Shown piece after piece: positions 54,001-64,000 of a stretch of 64,000 nt of DNA (positions are counted from its first letter, which is position 1; every line of letters starts with the position of its first letter). Origin of the DNA: Marsupella aquatica (taxonomy: Eukaryota > Plantae > Marchantiophyta); assembly GCA_973895155.1 (NCBI GenBank), contig OZ316893.1, positions 10,111,660-10,175,659 on the forward strand, given 5' to 3'. The notes beneath the pieces are model-generated. The model saw nothing but the letters and a program-made list of their open reading frames with translations, ran no database searches and was not told where the DNA came from. Both the position numbers and the translations under genes were made by a program.

Positions 54001-57000
54001 CATACCCTGACGTGAACAGCTGGTGATGAAGTTTGGCAGGGCTGAGAAATTCATTTTGGCGCTCTGGCTATTAGCCTCATTGTGCACACAGCCTGGAAAG
54101 CATGTGCGGATGCAAGCTTCCTGAGTGTACAAATCATAAATGGGAGCAGACTTTGATTTTCACCAGTTTTGCCAGCACCAGGCCTATTACAAGCTGCTCG
54201 TACTGTCTGTGTCGATTTTCATAACGCATCCACTAGTTCCTTGAGAGTACCTGTGGTTCTCAAGCTACTGTCTGCCTTCCTGGGTGAGGACAAAGACACC
54301 ACCACAGAACTGCAAATTGGCGCATCACGACCACCTTACTCTGGTCAAGGCTCCTCTCAATGTCTTATGATTGTACAAGTTTAGCTGGACATGGCTTTAG
54401 TCCTCTATTTGAGATGATTCAATTGTCTTTTTGTTGGTTCTCTCAAGATTTCAGGAGAATGAAACGTCAGCTTTTATCTATTCTATTGTTTCCTTTCTGC
54501 CTTTTGAGTCCATCACAAATGCTCTCATTGTTGACCATTATGTAAGATAGAACTTCCATGTTTTGAGGACCTCTTCATCCAAGATAACGATCGATGATGT
54601 AGTGAATGGAAACAGGTCATTTCAGGTCACCTAAGCTGCTGGTGAGGTGAGTGGACATGTTGTACTAATTCTTGTGTTGTAAGAACCATACTCACCTACA
54701 TGTAATATTAGTTGCTTGTAAAAACAATACTCGAAGTATAGACATATACCATGCTCCTTCTTGAACATGAAACTTACTCTCTGATTGATCGAGTGATTGT
54801 CTAGGTGGATTCAGGGGTTGTGTGCAAAGCTTAGATGGACTGGCAAAGCTCCTATGTACTTCTCACATTGTCAAAACAAACTTGGATAGTATCGTTTTAC
54901 ACTTAGTCTCAAATATGACCTGTAAACATTCTGTTGATTGTTTGTAGCCTCTTTCACTTAGTTTACCCTATGTTTTGTATCATGTGCACAAACACAACTT
55001 TGTATACTAATACTTTAATATATTAATACATATATTAATATTTTGATAGATTACAGTGGCAATCCTTATTAACCCAAAATTGGATAGGAAAGGGCGGTCT
55101 TGAGGAGGCTCTCGACAAGGAATTAGGAGTTAACTTCAGGGGTCCTTAATCTGAAATGATTTTTAATGAAGTAGATAGCCTTTGCTAGTAGCCTTGATCT
55201 ATGGTTGCTAGTAGCTATGTTCCCAGTGGCAAGTTCATTATTGTACACAACTAAGTTTTTATGGATAACAAAGGGAATTTTAATGTCTTCCAAAACTAAC
55301 GATAAGAGGTACTATGGAGGGGGGCGTTCACACGTGTACCCCTTTATTTTCCAAAAGGCTGGGGGCCAGAGCCAGAGCCTACTCCAGCATTTGAGTGGGG
55401 GATTAAACAACATGAGTGCCATACGAATGCATCTACAGGATAGGGGAATGCAATCCCACCTTTGGCTCACAGCACACTGTCTAGAGCAGGGCAAACGTGT
55501 CACTGAAATACCAAGCACCCTATTGATGCACACATAGAGAATGGCAAATTTAATTTTGTCCAGATTCAGTTCACTCCCATCATCCAACCATAGATCATGC
55601 TAGTGCATTCAAGTGTCATGTGAAGCATCAGACAGGCTTGCATTTGGTAGTACAAAACCCATGATAATTATGTGATGATGCGACAAATCTTCCCTTGAGT
55701 CTTAAATAGGGGTTTGATACAAGATTCTGTGAGTAAGGTGAGAACACATCTTAGTGACTGATCAGTTTTCTAGAATATGACTGTGCAAAGGTGTGGGTGT
55801 TACTCGTAAAGCTTGACATGTGAAGGCAAAGCCCCCTTTGGCAGTCCCTAGTTATAATTTGAATAATGACCAACTGCAAATAGTTCTGGCAGATGAACTA
55901 AACTGTTTGGTAATTAATGTGGCCAACACCCGGGCCAACATAGTACAAAGCTAGGAACAATGGAGCAAGTAGAAATTTTGTGAAGACTTTTTTAATGCCA
56001 AACAGACTGAATTGATTCATGCCACACAGACTCATTTGAATGATTAAAATGCTATAAGGAGAGATCATGTATAATTTTATTTCCAAATTGGAACCCCATG
56101 CCTTTCCTTGTCATGCCGAGGGACAGTGCCTCTTATGCACATCGGCATGTCCCTCGCCTGCCCACTAGGTATGTAGTTAGGGCTAGTGTACTACCTGAGT
56201 TAACGACATGTTCTTGTAGCAAGTCTGGGCCGTTCTTGAAGCAAATGTGCTTGTTAGTGTGACGCCAGGACTTTGCTTGCTTAGGGCATGTCTTTCTTTG
56301 TGGGTTTTCAGTTCTTCTTGAATCGCTATTGACAGAGCTCAGACAGTGCTCGTCGGTTCCGTACACGGGATTCACACAGTGATTCGTTAGATGCTCCCGG
56401 CCGATCTTGGCATCCTGCCGGTTTTCGATTCGATTTCAGTACAATTGTTTCTCTTACGCCTTTTATTCAAGAAGAACTGTCGAGTTAGCGGTGACGGGAA
56501 GAAGATTGCTCATGGCGATTTCGACAATTTTTGATGAAGCCATTGCAATTTCTTTGACAAACATTGGAGCGACGGAATGAAAGTTATGGGTTTATGTGGT
56601 TATGTGTATACTTAAGTGTATACACATATCCATGCTTCCGAAGGGGTCAGGAGTTCCTTTTCCGGTTGCATCCGCGACTCCTTTGCTGCTTCCGACTGTC
56701 ACTGCCGTTTGCCGCACGACCACCTCCCGACTGCAACCCGTGGTTTGTAGGCCGCTGGCCCTTCACATTCCGGCCACAACCTGCTGCTGCCGACGTTGCA
56801 TCAACCGTTGCCTCGACTGCTTTTGGGGCCGTTTTGTGTTTGTTGCCACTTTTCGGCCACGGCTGCCGTTGAGCCCGTTTTGTTGCCTCGCGACGCCCTG
56901 CACAGGCCGTGCATAGGGCACCATGCCCTTGCCTCGGCTGTATCTCCCTTTACCGGCCGTAGTCCCTCCTCAATCCGGGATGTTTCTTCCCTTTTTCGGC

Positions 57001-57983
57001 ATTTTCTCGCTCGTTTTTCCTGCCTCGACTCCCTTTCTTTTTGCCCTGCCATAAGCAAGCGAGAGGACAGAGGGCACGAAGCCCTATGGAGAAATAAAGC
57101 ATGGGGGAAGGGGAGCCGAGCACAAGGCAGCGCGAGTGTGCCAGGAGAGGGCACGAAGCCCTATGCTGCAGTAAAGAAGGAGGGGGAGCGAGGGTGCCAG
57201 GAGAGGGCACAAGGCCCTAAGCAACATTGAAGTAGGGGAGGGGAGTACACTCGACTCCCTTGCCTTCGGGCATACTGTCACCAGGGCACGAGGCCCTATG
57301 GAGTAATTAAAGTAGGGAGGGGGAGGAGTACACTTGACTCCTCACACGGGAGTCTTTTGCCAGGGCACGAGGCCCAAATTGCATTGAAGGAGAGGAGGGG
57401 GGGAGTTCGTAGCCCCTTTTCGGGAGCACATAAGGTGGGGCACGAAGCCCTATGGAGGGCTCATGCCATTAAGAGGGCCCCATTTTTTTTGCCCTGCCTC
57501 GCGATGTCTTTTCTCCTCTTTCCGGCCACCTGCGAGCTTGCCTCGGCTATTTTCCCCTTTTTCGGCCTTTCTCACTTTTTCGCTGTGCGACGATCGACCT
57601 GCTGCCAGTTCCCGGGTCCACATCGGGGCCCGATGTATACACTTAACCGGGCCCCATGTTTATACATTTGAAAAGGCCGATGTATACACTTAAGGGGGGC
57701 CCAGGTTTACATTTTTAAGGGCCCATTTTTCTGGATTTCTTTGCTGCCGCCACGTGTCATCTGCATAAAGCTGAGGGCCGGCATATTCATCAGACAGTCA
57801 ATCCAGCAAGCACAACACCAGTCCAATTGGAGTTTTTAAGGGTCTTTTCTTTGCCGACGGTTTTTCTGTGTGTTTACACATTCGACACATTTCTGCCTCG
57901 CACTGTTTATTTCCTAGCCTTGGGGCTGTCATTTCTTTTTCTTGTCAGTTTCTTTCCCATTGGCACCCAGGTGAGCATGCAGC

Positions 57984-59249
57984 ATGTCAGCCGACGCGCC
58001 AGGTGGTAGCAGCACATCGCCACCGACACCCAGGTACCATTTACGGAGTGATCCACGACCATTGGTGCCAATTTCATTGGAGTCTCGACAATTTCGACGA
58101 CGTCCACAGACAGCAGCAGCACCCACACCACGCAATCCTTCTACTCCATTTGGCGGTCGCTTGACCACTACTCCCAAGCCTGCTATCACTTCATTGCCAT
58201 TTACCCCTTCTGCATCAGTGGTTGTTCTTGCTTCATCGACATACAGCATGGATGCCAGCCACTCATCTGGCCGCATTGAGCGCTTCAGCGGGCGGCCAGG
58301 CACTGTCTCTTTACGTGAGTTCAAATCCACTTTCTACACTGTCGTTTACGAATTGGAGCTGAAGTACGGCAGCAATTTCACAAATGCATTTGCATTTAAG
58401 CAGCTAGCCAAGTATGTGCACCATGAGGCTTTGGATGTGTATGAGCAGCATTCTCAACGGCTGCTTGCTGTCACACAGTTGCCTAACCCTACCTATGCCA
58501 ATGCAATTGCGGCAGCCTCACAATTGGCCTTACAGAATGCCATTGCAGCCCATGCTGCTGCTCCTGCCACTTCCCCTCCTACTCCAGTTCCCACCACTGC
58601 GCCAGTTACTCCCACTATCTTGGCACAGGCTACATCAGGCATTTCTCCCACCATTGATTCTCCTGCCTTCGTTGATCCAGTGGCTGAGTTTTTCCAGGTT
58701 CTTGAATTGGAATTCCCAATCAAGAGTGCTGATAAAATCATGCAGTTGGCCACCTTTGTGAGGCAGCGCGATGAAACATTGAAGATGATGTATCGCCGGC
58801 TTCTCAACCTGAAGGAGGACACCCAGAGCATCACTGACTTGGAAGTTGCTCATCGCTATCTTCACGCATTGGAGGGCACACCAGCTCTCCATTCGCAAGT
58901 GTTGCAACAAGTATTCTCAGAGTTTGGAGACAGTTACACCTTGCTCAATGTCTATGACACTGCTGAGAAACTTGAGTTGGCCCATGCACATTATGAGGCC
59001 AGTATTGCACGTCCACCGCGATCCAGGTACCAGGTTGCTGCCCCTACACTGGTCACTCCTCCCTGTGTGCCACAGTATGGTTCCAAGACCAAGCCAGCAC
59101 ATGCTGCTTTCATGCTGCCATCTTGCAACTACTGTGGTAATCCTAATCACAAGGCTAATGAATGTGATATTGTTGCTGAGGACCTATCTTGTGATTTTTG
59201 TGGGAAAGTGGGCCACTTGGAGGCAGTCTGTTTTGCCAAATTCCCCTAG
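57984..59249 (+). CDS. gag: Gag with two CCHC zinc knuckles
   Basis: IERFSGRPG...LREF gag-like start; zinc knuckles CNYCGNPNHKANEC and CDFCGKVGHLEAVC at 59124-59231. Confidence 0.85.
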   Translation: MSADAPGGSSTSPPTPRYHLRSDPRPLVPISLESRQFRRRPQTAAAPTPRNPSTPFGGRLTTTPKPAITSLPFTPSASVVVLASSTYSMDASHSSGRIERFSGRPGTVSLREFKSTFYTVVYELELKYGSNFTNAFAFKQLAKYVHHEALDVYEQHSQRLLAVTQLPNPTYANAIAAASQLALQNAIAAHAAAPATSPPTPVPTTAPVTPTILAQATSGISPTIDSPAFVDPVAEFFQVLELEFPIKSADKIMQLATFVRQRDETLKMMYRRLLNLKEDTQSITDLEVAHRYLHALEGTPALHSQVLQQVFSEFGDSYTLLNVYDTAEKLELAHAHYEASIARPPRSRYQVAAPTLVTPPCVPQYGSKTKPAHAAFMLPSCNYCGNPNHKANECDIVAEDLSCDFCGKVGHLEAVCFAKFP

Positions 59250-60389
59250 AGGAAGCAGCTACGACAGCAGGCCACTCATCTTGCTCCTGTTTCCACTCCC
59301 CCACCAGCTAGGAGGGCTCCTACTGCATCCACTGCTCCTCCTTCCAGTGGCAAAGCACCCGGTGCTAACAAATTGCCCAAGCAGCCACAGAAGCAACCAC
59401 CTCAGAAGGAGGCTCACAACGCACAGGCAACTCAACTCCAGTCTCTGACTCATGAGGTTGAGTTCTTACGTGCCCAACTTGCCAACATCAAAGGCAAGTC
59501 CACTGCCTCTGCTGGTCCTTCTCAACCGGCTGGTCACGTGCAACCCATCCCTGGCCCAGGCACCGCTGACAATTCAGCACCTCTACCCCGCTCTTTCTAT
59601 GGCTTACCATTTGATGCTCATATGGGTGAGTGTGTGTTGTCCTCTGCTCCACAGCCTAGCCTTACAGCAGAACTTTCAGATTCATTCTGCCCTTCCTATT
59701 TTGCTTACCAGCAGGCCAGTGCTGCCTCCCGTATTGCTCCCACACGCCGCATTGTACAGGCTGATGGTCTTGCTGCCGGTCCTCTGACTAGAGCCAGGGG
59801 CGCTCGGGCTATCATGCCCCAATCTTTTCAGCCACTCACACTTGCTGAAGAGCGCACCTTGTTGGCGAGGGGGGAGGGAGCTACAGCTACATCCATTCCA
59901 CCACCAGGTGCTGCTGACATTTCACAGGGAGTTGTTTCTCCTGAGCTGCTTGAGCATTTCATCTCCGGTATGGCACAAAGGATTCTTACAACTCCACTTT
60001 TTAGTTGCCATGATTTACAGTTGGATGCTAGAGCTGTCATCAGAGCGCTAGAGGGCTCACTGCATTCTTCATCAGCCCCTGTGACACCGGTTTTGGAGGT
60101 CCAATCTCATATACATACTGGACCTTTTTCTTCTCCTTTACATGTTTCCACTGGTTTGGCTGCCCCAGTACCGATTGCTGCTGATTGTGTGACCAGAGCT
60201 ACACTTGATTCTGGTCATGCTGCTCCATCTTTCCTGGCTATGTTGTTGAGTGGAAAGACCGTGGACACTAACTCCCTTCACAAGGTACCTCATCATTTGC
60301 CAAAAGTGGTGCCTAGTGACAGGACTTTAGTTTCCACCACCATTGCCATTGTTGACAATAGGAATTCAGCAGTCAAGTTGGAGGGTCAC

Positions 60390-60700
60390 ACTCCTCAGGT
60401 GGTCATGCTAGACACAGGTGCTCAACCAGTGATATTGGGCATTCAGTTTGCCAAGAAGATGGGACTGTTGACTGATCATTTACATCAATCCAGGTGGCAC
60501 ATTCGGACTGCTAGTGGCACTGTGGAGGATGTGCTGGGTGAAAGTTCTACTTTACTCACTCTCACTTTTAATGGAGGTACAGATCAGGAATTGCATTTCC
60601 TAGTCAGATGTTTGGTTACCAATGCCACTACGGATGATGTGCTCATTGGCCAGGAGGCTTTGTTCCCACCAGGTTTTACCATTGACAATTGGCATGAGCA
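60390..60700 (+). other. Retropepsin-type aspartic protease domain
   Basis: VMLDTGAQPVILG (DTG at 60411-60419), IRTASG and DVLIG. Confidence 0.85.
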
Positions 60701-61076
60701 TGCATACTATAGAGTTGATTGGCATACGGATGGCTCACACTTGGGCTACATTCCACTTGATTTGCATGGTGCCCACACACCTATGGCTCACCACTGTGTG
60801 TTGAAAGTAGTGCACACAGCTACCTATGTCAACCACCCATTGCAGGATTGGATTGAGGAGGATGATGATGAGGTGGCTACTGCACATGCTGTTGCACCTA
60901 TAGTAGCACTTTCCAGCCACGTGGATCATCAACCAGAGGTGGTACAACGGCTCCAAGTAGCCCATGGACCTTTGGTGGCTGCATTGCGCAAATTTGAGGA
61001 TCTAGGGCAGCACAATGGCCAACCAATAGCCCCAATCTTGAGCGCACCAGTTACATGGACTCCTCCTTCAGATGGC

Positions 61077-62015
61077 CTTACATTGCTTGAGCTTTTTGGT
61101 GGCATTTCTACAGGCCTGGAAGCTCTCCTAAAGTCTGGCATGGTGGTGAAGTAGTACATCTATGTGGATATTGATCCAGGTGCAAGGCAAGTGGCTGAAT
61201 CCCGTCTGCTGGAATTTTCAGAGCGATTTTCCCAGCAGTTTCCACATAGTGCATGGAAGTCTGCATTTTCTTTCTTCCCTCCAGATATCCAGCTTGTCCA
61301 GCACCGGCACTTAACTCTTCTTGGCTCCCTTGATTTGATCATAGCTGGTTGGGAATGCCAAGGGTTTTCAGCTGCTGGTCACGGTGCTGGACTGCATGAT
61401 TCTCGTTCTGGCCTTTTCACAGCATTGGTTCAGATTCTCACCTGGGCTCAATCCCTTTATCCTGCTGTTGGTTATATCATTGAGAATACTCCATCTCAGT
61501 TTGACCAGCGTCCACAGGTCAAAGAGGATTTCAGTGTGGTCCAGCACTACTTGGGACCACCCCTTCTCATTGATGCAGTGCACTGTGGTTCTTATGCACA
61601 TCGTCTTCGTAACTTTTGGACTAACCTTGCACCACCTTCCTTGCTGGAGATGGCTCTTCACCACACATCCAGGGACACTAACCTTACAGTGGACCAGATT
61701 TTGGATCCTGGCAGTTCTTGCCAACCAGTTACACGGCAAGAGCCAGCACCTTGGTATCCAGGCAATACCATTGGACAACCCCGTGCTGCTTGGCCTACAT
61801 TTGTGTCCTTTCCAGTTGCACATGCTTTTCAGGGTGATGGTCCTGGTCTGGTTTATCGACATTCTACCGGTACATGGGATGAACCTAGTCCTGAGGAGAG
61901 AGAACGGGCTATGGGCTTCCAACCCGGTACTACAGGTCACACCAAAATCACCAGGCTGGCCAGGAATGCTTTACTTGGCAGGGTAATGGATCTCAATGCT
62001 CTCACTTGGCTTCTA
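61077..62015 (+). other. C5 cytosine DNA methyltransferase domain
   Basis: Motif I LLELFGGISTG; II YVDID; III DIQ; IV DLIIAGWECQGFSAAG (Cys codon 61356-61358); VI YIIENT; VIII AHRLRNFWTNL; IX EERERAMGFQPG; X RNALLGRVMD. One TAG at 61152 lies between motifs I and II. Confidence 0.9.
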
Positions 62016-62483
62016 GTCACTTGCATCCTTTTTCAGATGTACATTCCTCCAGCATTAGGAGCTCCAGCCTTACCACTCCACAGTGCTGCTGCATGGCATC
62101 CAGACCAGGTGCACTTACCTCTGTCCAACACTCACCACTTCAGTCCAAGTATTGGGGGGGAGGAGGTCCCTTGTAATGCGGCTGACATTATTTCTGAGTT
62201 TCATGGTGTGGACCACTTCGGATCAGCAGGTACAACAGGCCTTGGAGAGGCCTCATCACCTTATCAGCAACATGCTAGCAGCTTGGACAGTGGAGAGGCT
62301 GGCACTTCTGGCTCTTCAAGTATGAGTACATCAGGTCCTATTCCTAGTGTTGCCAACTACACATTTATCATGGGCAACCACCTGAGTAAAAGACAGAAGG
62401 ACCAGCTGCTGAATTTGCTCCTCAAGCATGAGAATGTGTTTGCTTTCTCTATGAAGGACTTGGGTAAGTGCAAGACCATGTAG

Positions 62484-63770
62484 TTCTCCATTGAGTTGGC
62501 TGATGAAACACCTATCTTCAGGCGGAGACATCGTTTGAGTAAGCATGAGTGGCAGCTGGTGGATGAGAGGTGCCAAGAGTTATATGAAGCTGGTCTTATT
62601 CAGCCATCTACATCAGATTTTGCAGCAACTACAGTGATGCCAGCAAAGAAGGATTCCAGTGGATTGTGGACAGAGAAGCGCATGTGTGGGGACTACAGGC
62701 CACTGAACTTGGTCACACCCCAGGACAGGTACCCCATGCCACGGCCAGAGGAGCTATTTGACAGCATTGGAGACTCAGACATCTTCACTCTTGTGGATCT
62801 AAGGCAAGGCTTTAACCAGATTTTGCTGCTTGCAAAGGATCGCAAGAAAACAGCTTTCCATGGTAGTAACCAACTATGGGGGTGGTTGGTGATGCCATTT
62901 GGTTTGAAGAATGCGCCCATATTCTTTCAAAGAGTCATGGACCAGGTTCTTCAAGGTGCTGAGTTTCTGAAATGCTACATTGATGATGTGTTGGTCCACA
63001 GCAAAGGATTTGACCAACATCTACTTGACCTTGAGGAGCTATTCATGAGGCTTAAGAAGGTGAACCTGAAGATACACCCCAAGAAGTGTGAATTCGCTGT
63101 CAGATCAGTAGTATACCTTGGGCACCGCATTCTTCCAAATGGAACCATGGCTCATTGGGCCAAAGTGGTATCCATCCTGGAAATGCCCACTCCTACTGAT
63201 GTTCACACTCTTAGGAGCTTTATTGGGTTGTGCAATTACTACCGGATCTACATCAAAGATTTCAGTACCATTGCACATCCATTGTACTCTTTGTTGAAAA
63301 AGAATGTGACTTGGACATGGAGTACAGATGCTGAGGCAGCATTTGTCACTTTGAAGGAGAAGCTCTCAGAATACCCGGTGCTGAGAAGACCTGATTTCAG
63401 CAAGGTCTTTGTGCTACACACAGATTGGAGTGCCCTTGGGATTGGTGCCATTCTGGACCAGCATGATGAGGAAGGTAAAGAGTACGTCATTGCCTATGCA
63501 TCCAGGAGCAACAATCAGGCAGAGAGTCATTATTCTTCTTATGAGGGTGAATGCCTTGCTGTTGTGTGGGTTGTCATACATTACAGGCCCTACCTCTATG
63601 GGACCAGGTTTGTTCTCTACACCAACCACCAGCCCTTGAAGTGGTTGATGACCAACGACAAGCTTACTGGCAAGCTTGCTCGTTGGGCGCTCATACTCCA
63701 GGAGTATGATTTTGAGGTAATTCATAGGCCTGGTGTGACACATCAAAATGCTGACACTATGTCCCGTAGC
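62484..63770 (+). other. pol: Reverse transcriptase and RNase H domains (Ty3/Gypsy type)
   Basis: RT: RMCGDYRPLN, DLRQGFNQI, KTAF, MPFGLKNAP, YIDD (62976-62987), YLGH, RSFIGLCNYYR. RNase H: LHTDWS, YEGECLAVV, YTNHQPL, ARWALILQEYDF, NADTMSR. Confidence 0.95.
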
Positions 63771-64000
63771 CCTTTGATTGCCTCTGATGATTCCTCAGAT
63801 GCACGGCAGGATTTTGACCAGGTTTCCATCCTGCCTACATTTCATGCATCGACCTATCTTGCTTTGCTGCCATGCTATGTTGTTGACCAACCTGTGGTGG
63901 ACATATGGGAGGACAGCGACACTCTGAGATTTCTGCAGCATGGGGAGTACCCCACACATATTACTGCTGCCCAGAGAGACCGAATTCAGCAAAGGTCCAA

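Larger units (their letters stand above)
56109..64000 (+). mobile_element. Ty3/Gypsy LTR retrotransposon encoding a C5 DNA methyltransferase; runs off the window end
   Basis: Domain order gag (2x CCHC) - protease - DNMT - RT - RNase H in one frame. The 5' boundary is tentative (TGTCA at 56109; candidate LTR ends at CA 56378 or about 56560). No clear PBS recognised. Confidence 0.9.
57984..64000 (+). pseudogene. gag-PR-DNMT-RT-RH polyprotein frame interrupted by three TAG stops
   Basis: ORFs 57984-59249, 59373-61154, 61164-62483 and the open frame 62484-64000 are all the same frame. Stops are TAG at 59247, 61152 and 62481; no frameshift seen. Confidence 0.9.

Noticed and set aside
56379-56580. 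Candidate PBS for the DNMT element (GTGATTCGTTAG at 56379; TGGAGCGACGG near 56565)
   Set aside because: I could not match either to a tRNA 3' end from memory; LTR and PBS limits need the 3' LTR outside the window.
56915-57451. Hairpin repeats with variable spacers superficially like a CRISPR array
   Set aside because: The context is eukaryotic, repeats are only about 15 bp, spacers are irregular and similar to each other, and there are no cas genes.
61077-62015. DNMT as a host DRM/CMT/MET1 gene or a bacterial restriction-modification contaminant
   Set aside because: It is intronless, unpermuted, lacks host accessory domains, and is fused in frame between retrotransposon protease and RT within plant genomic context.

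Overview
Eukaryotic nuclear DNA from a plant. Spliced genes carry GT-AG introns, and the gene and TE content looks non-seed-plant (bryophyte/liverwort-like); that taxon assignment is inference. Four host genes are visible: a 9-exon nucleoside hydrolase (9243-12175, +), a small mitochondrial At2g27730/complex I P2-like protein (16097-16492, +), a Ser-rich protein with DUF688-like motifs (19645-21876, -) and a 20-exon aconitase (44250-51945, +). Transposons fill much of the rest: a decayed Ty3/Gypsy element nested in an L1-type LINE (1-6184), a non-autonomous Helitron (7222-8093), small retroposed fragments and an old LINE relic. The standout is a Ty3/Gypsy retrotransposon at about 56.1-64 kb. 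Its single gag-pol reading frame carries a full C5 cytosine DNA methyltransferase domain (DNMT3-like motifs, unpermuted order) between the protease and the reverse transcriptase. Only three in-frame TAG stops interrupt this frame, its coding region is strongly CpG-depleted, and an array of small hairpins lies upstream of gag.
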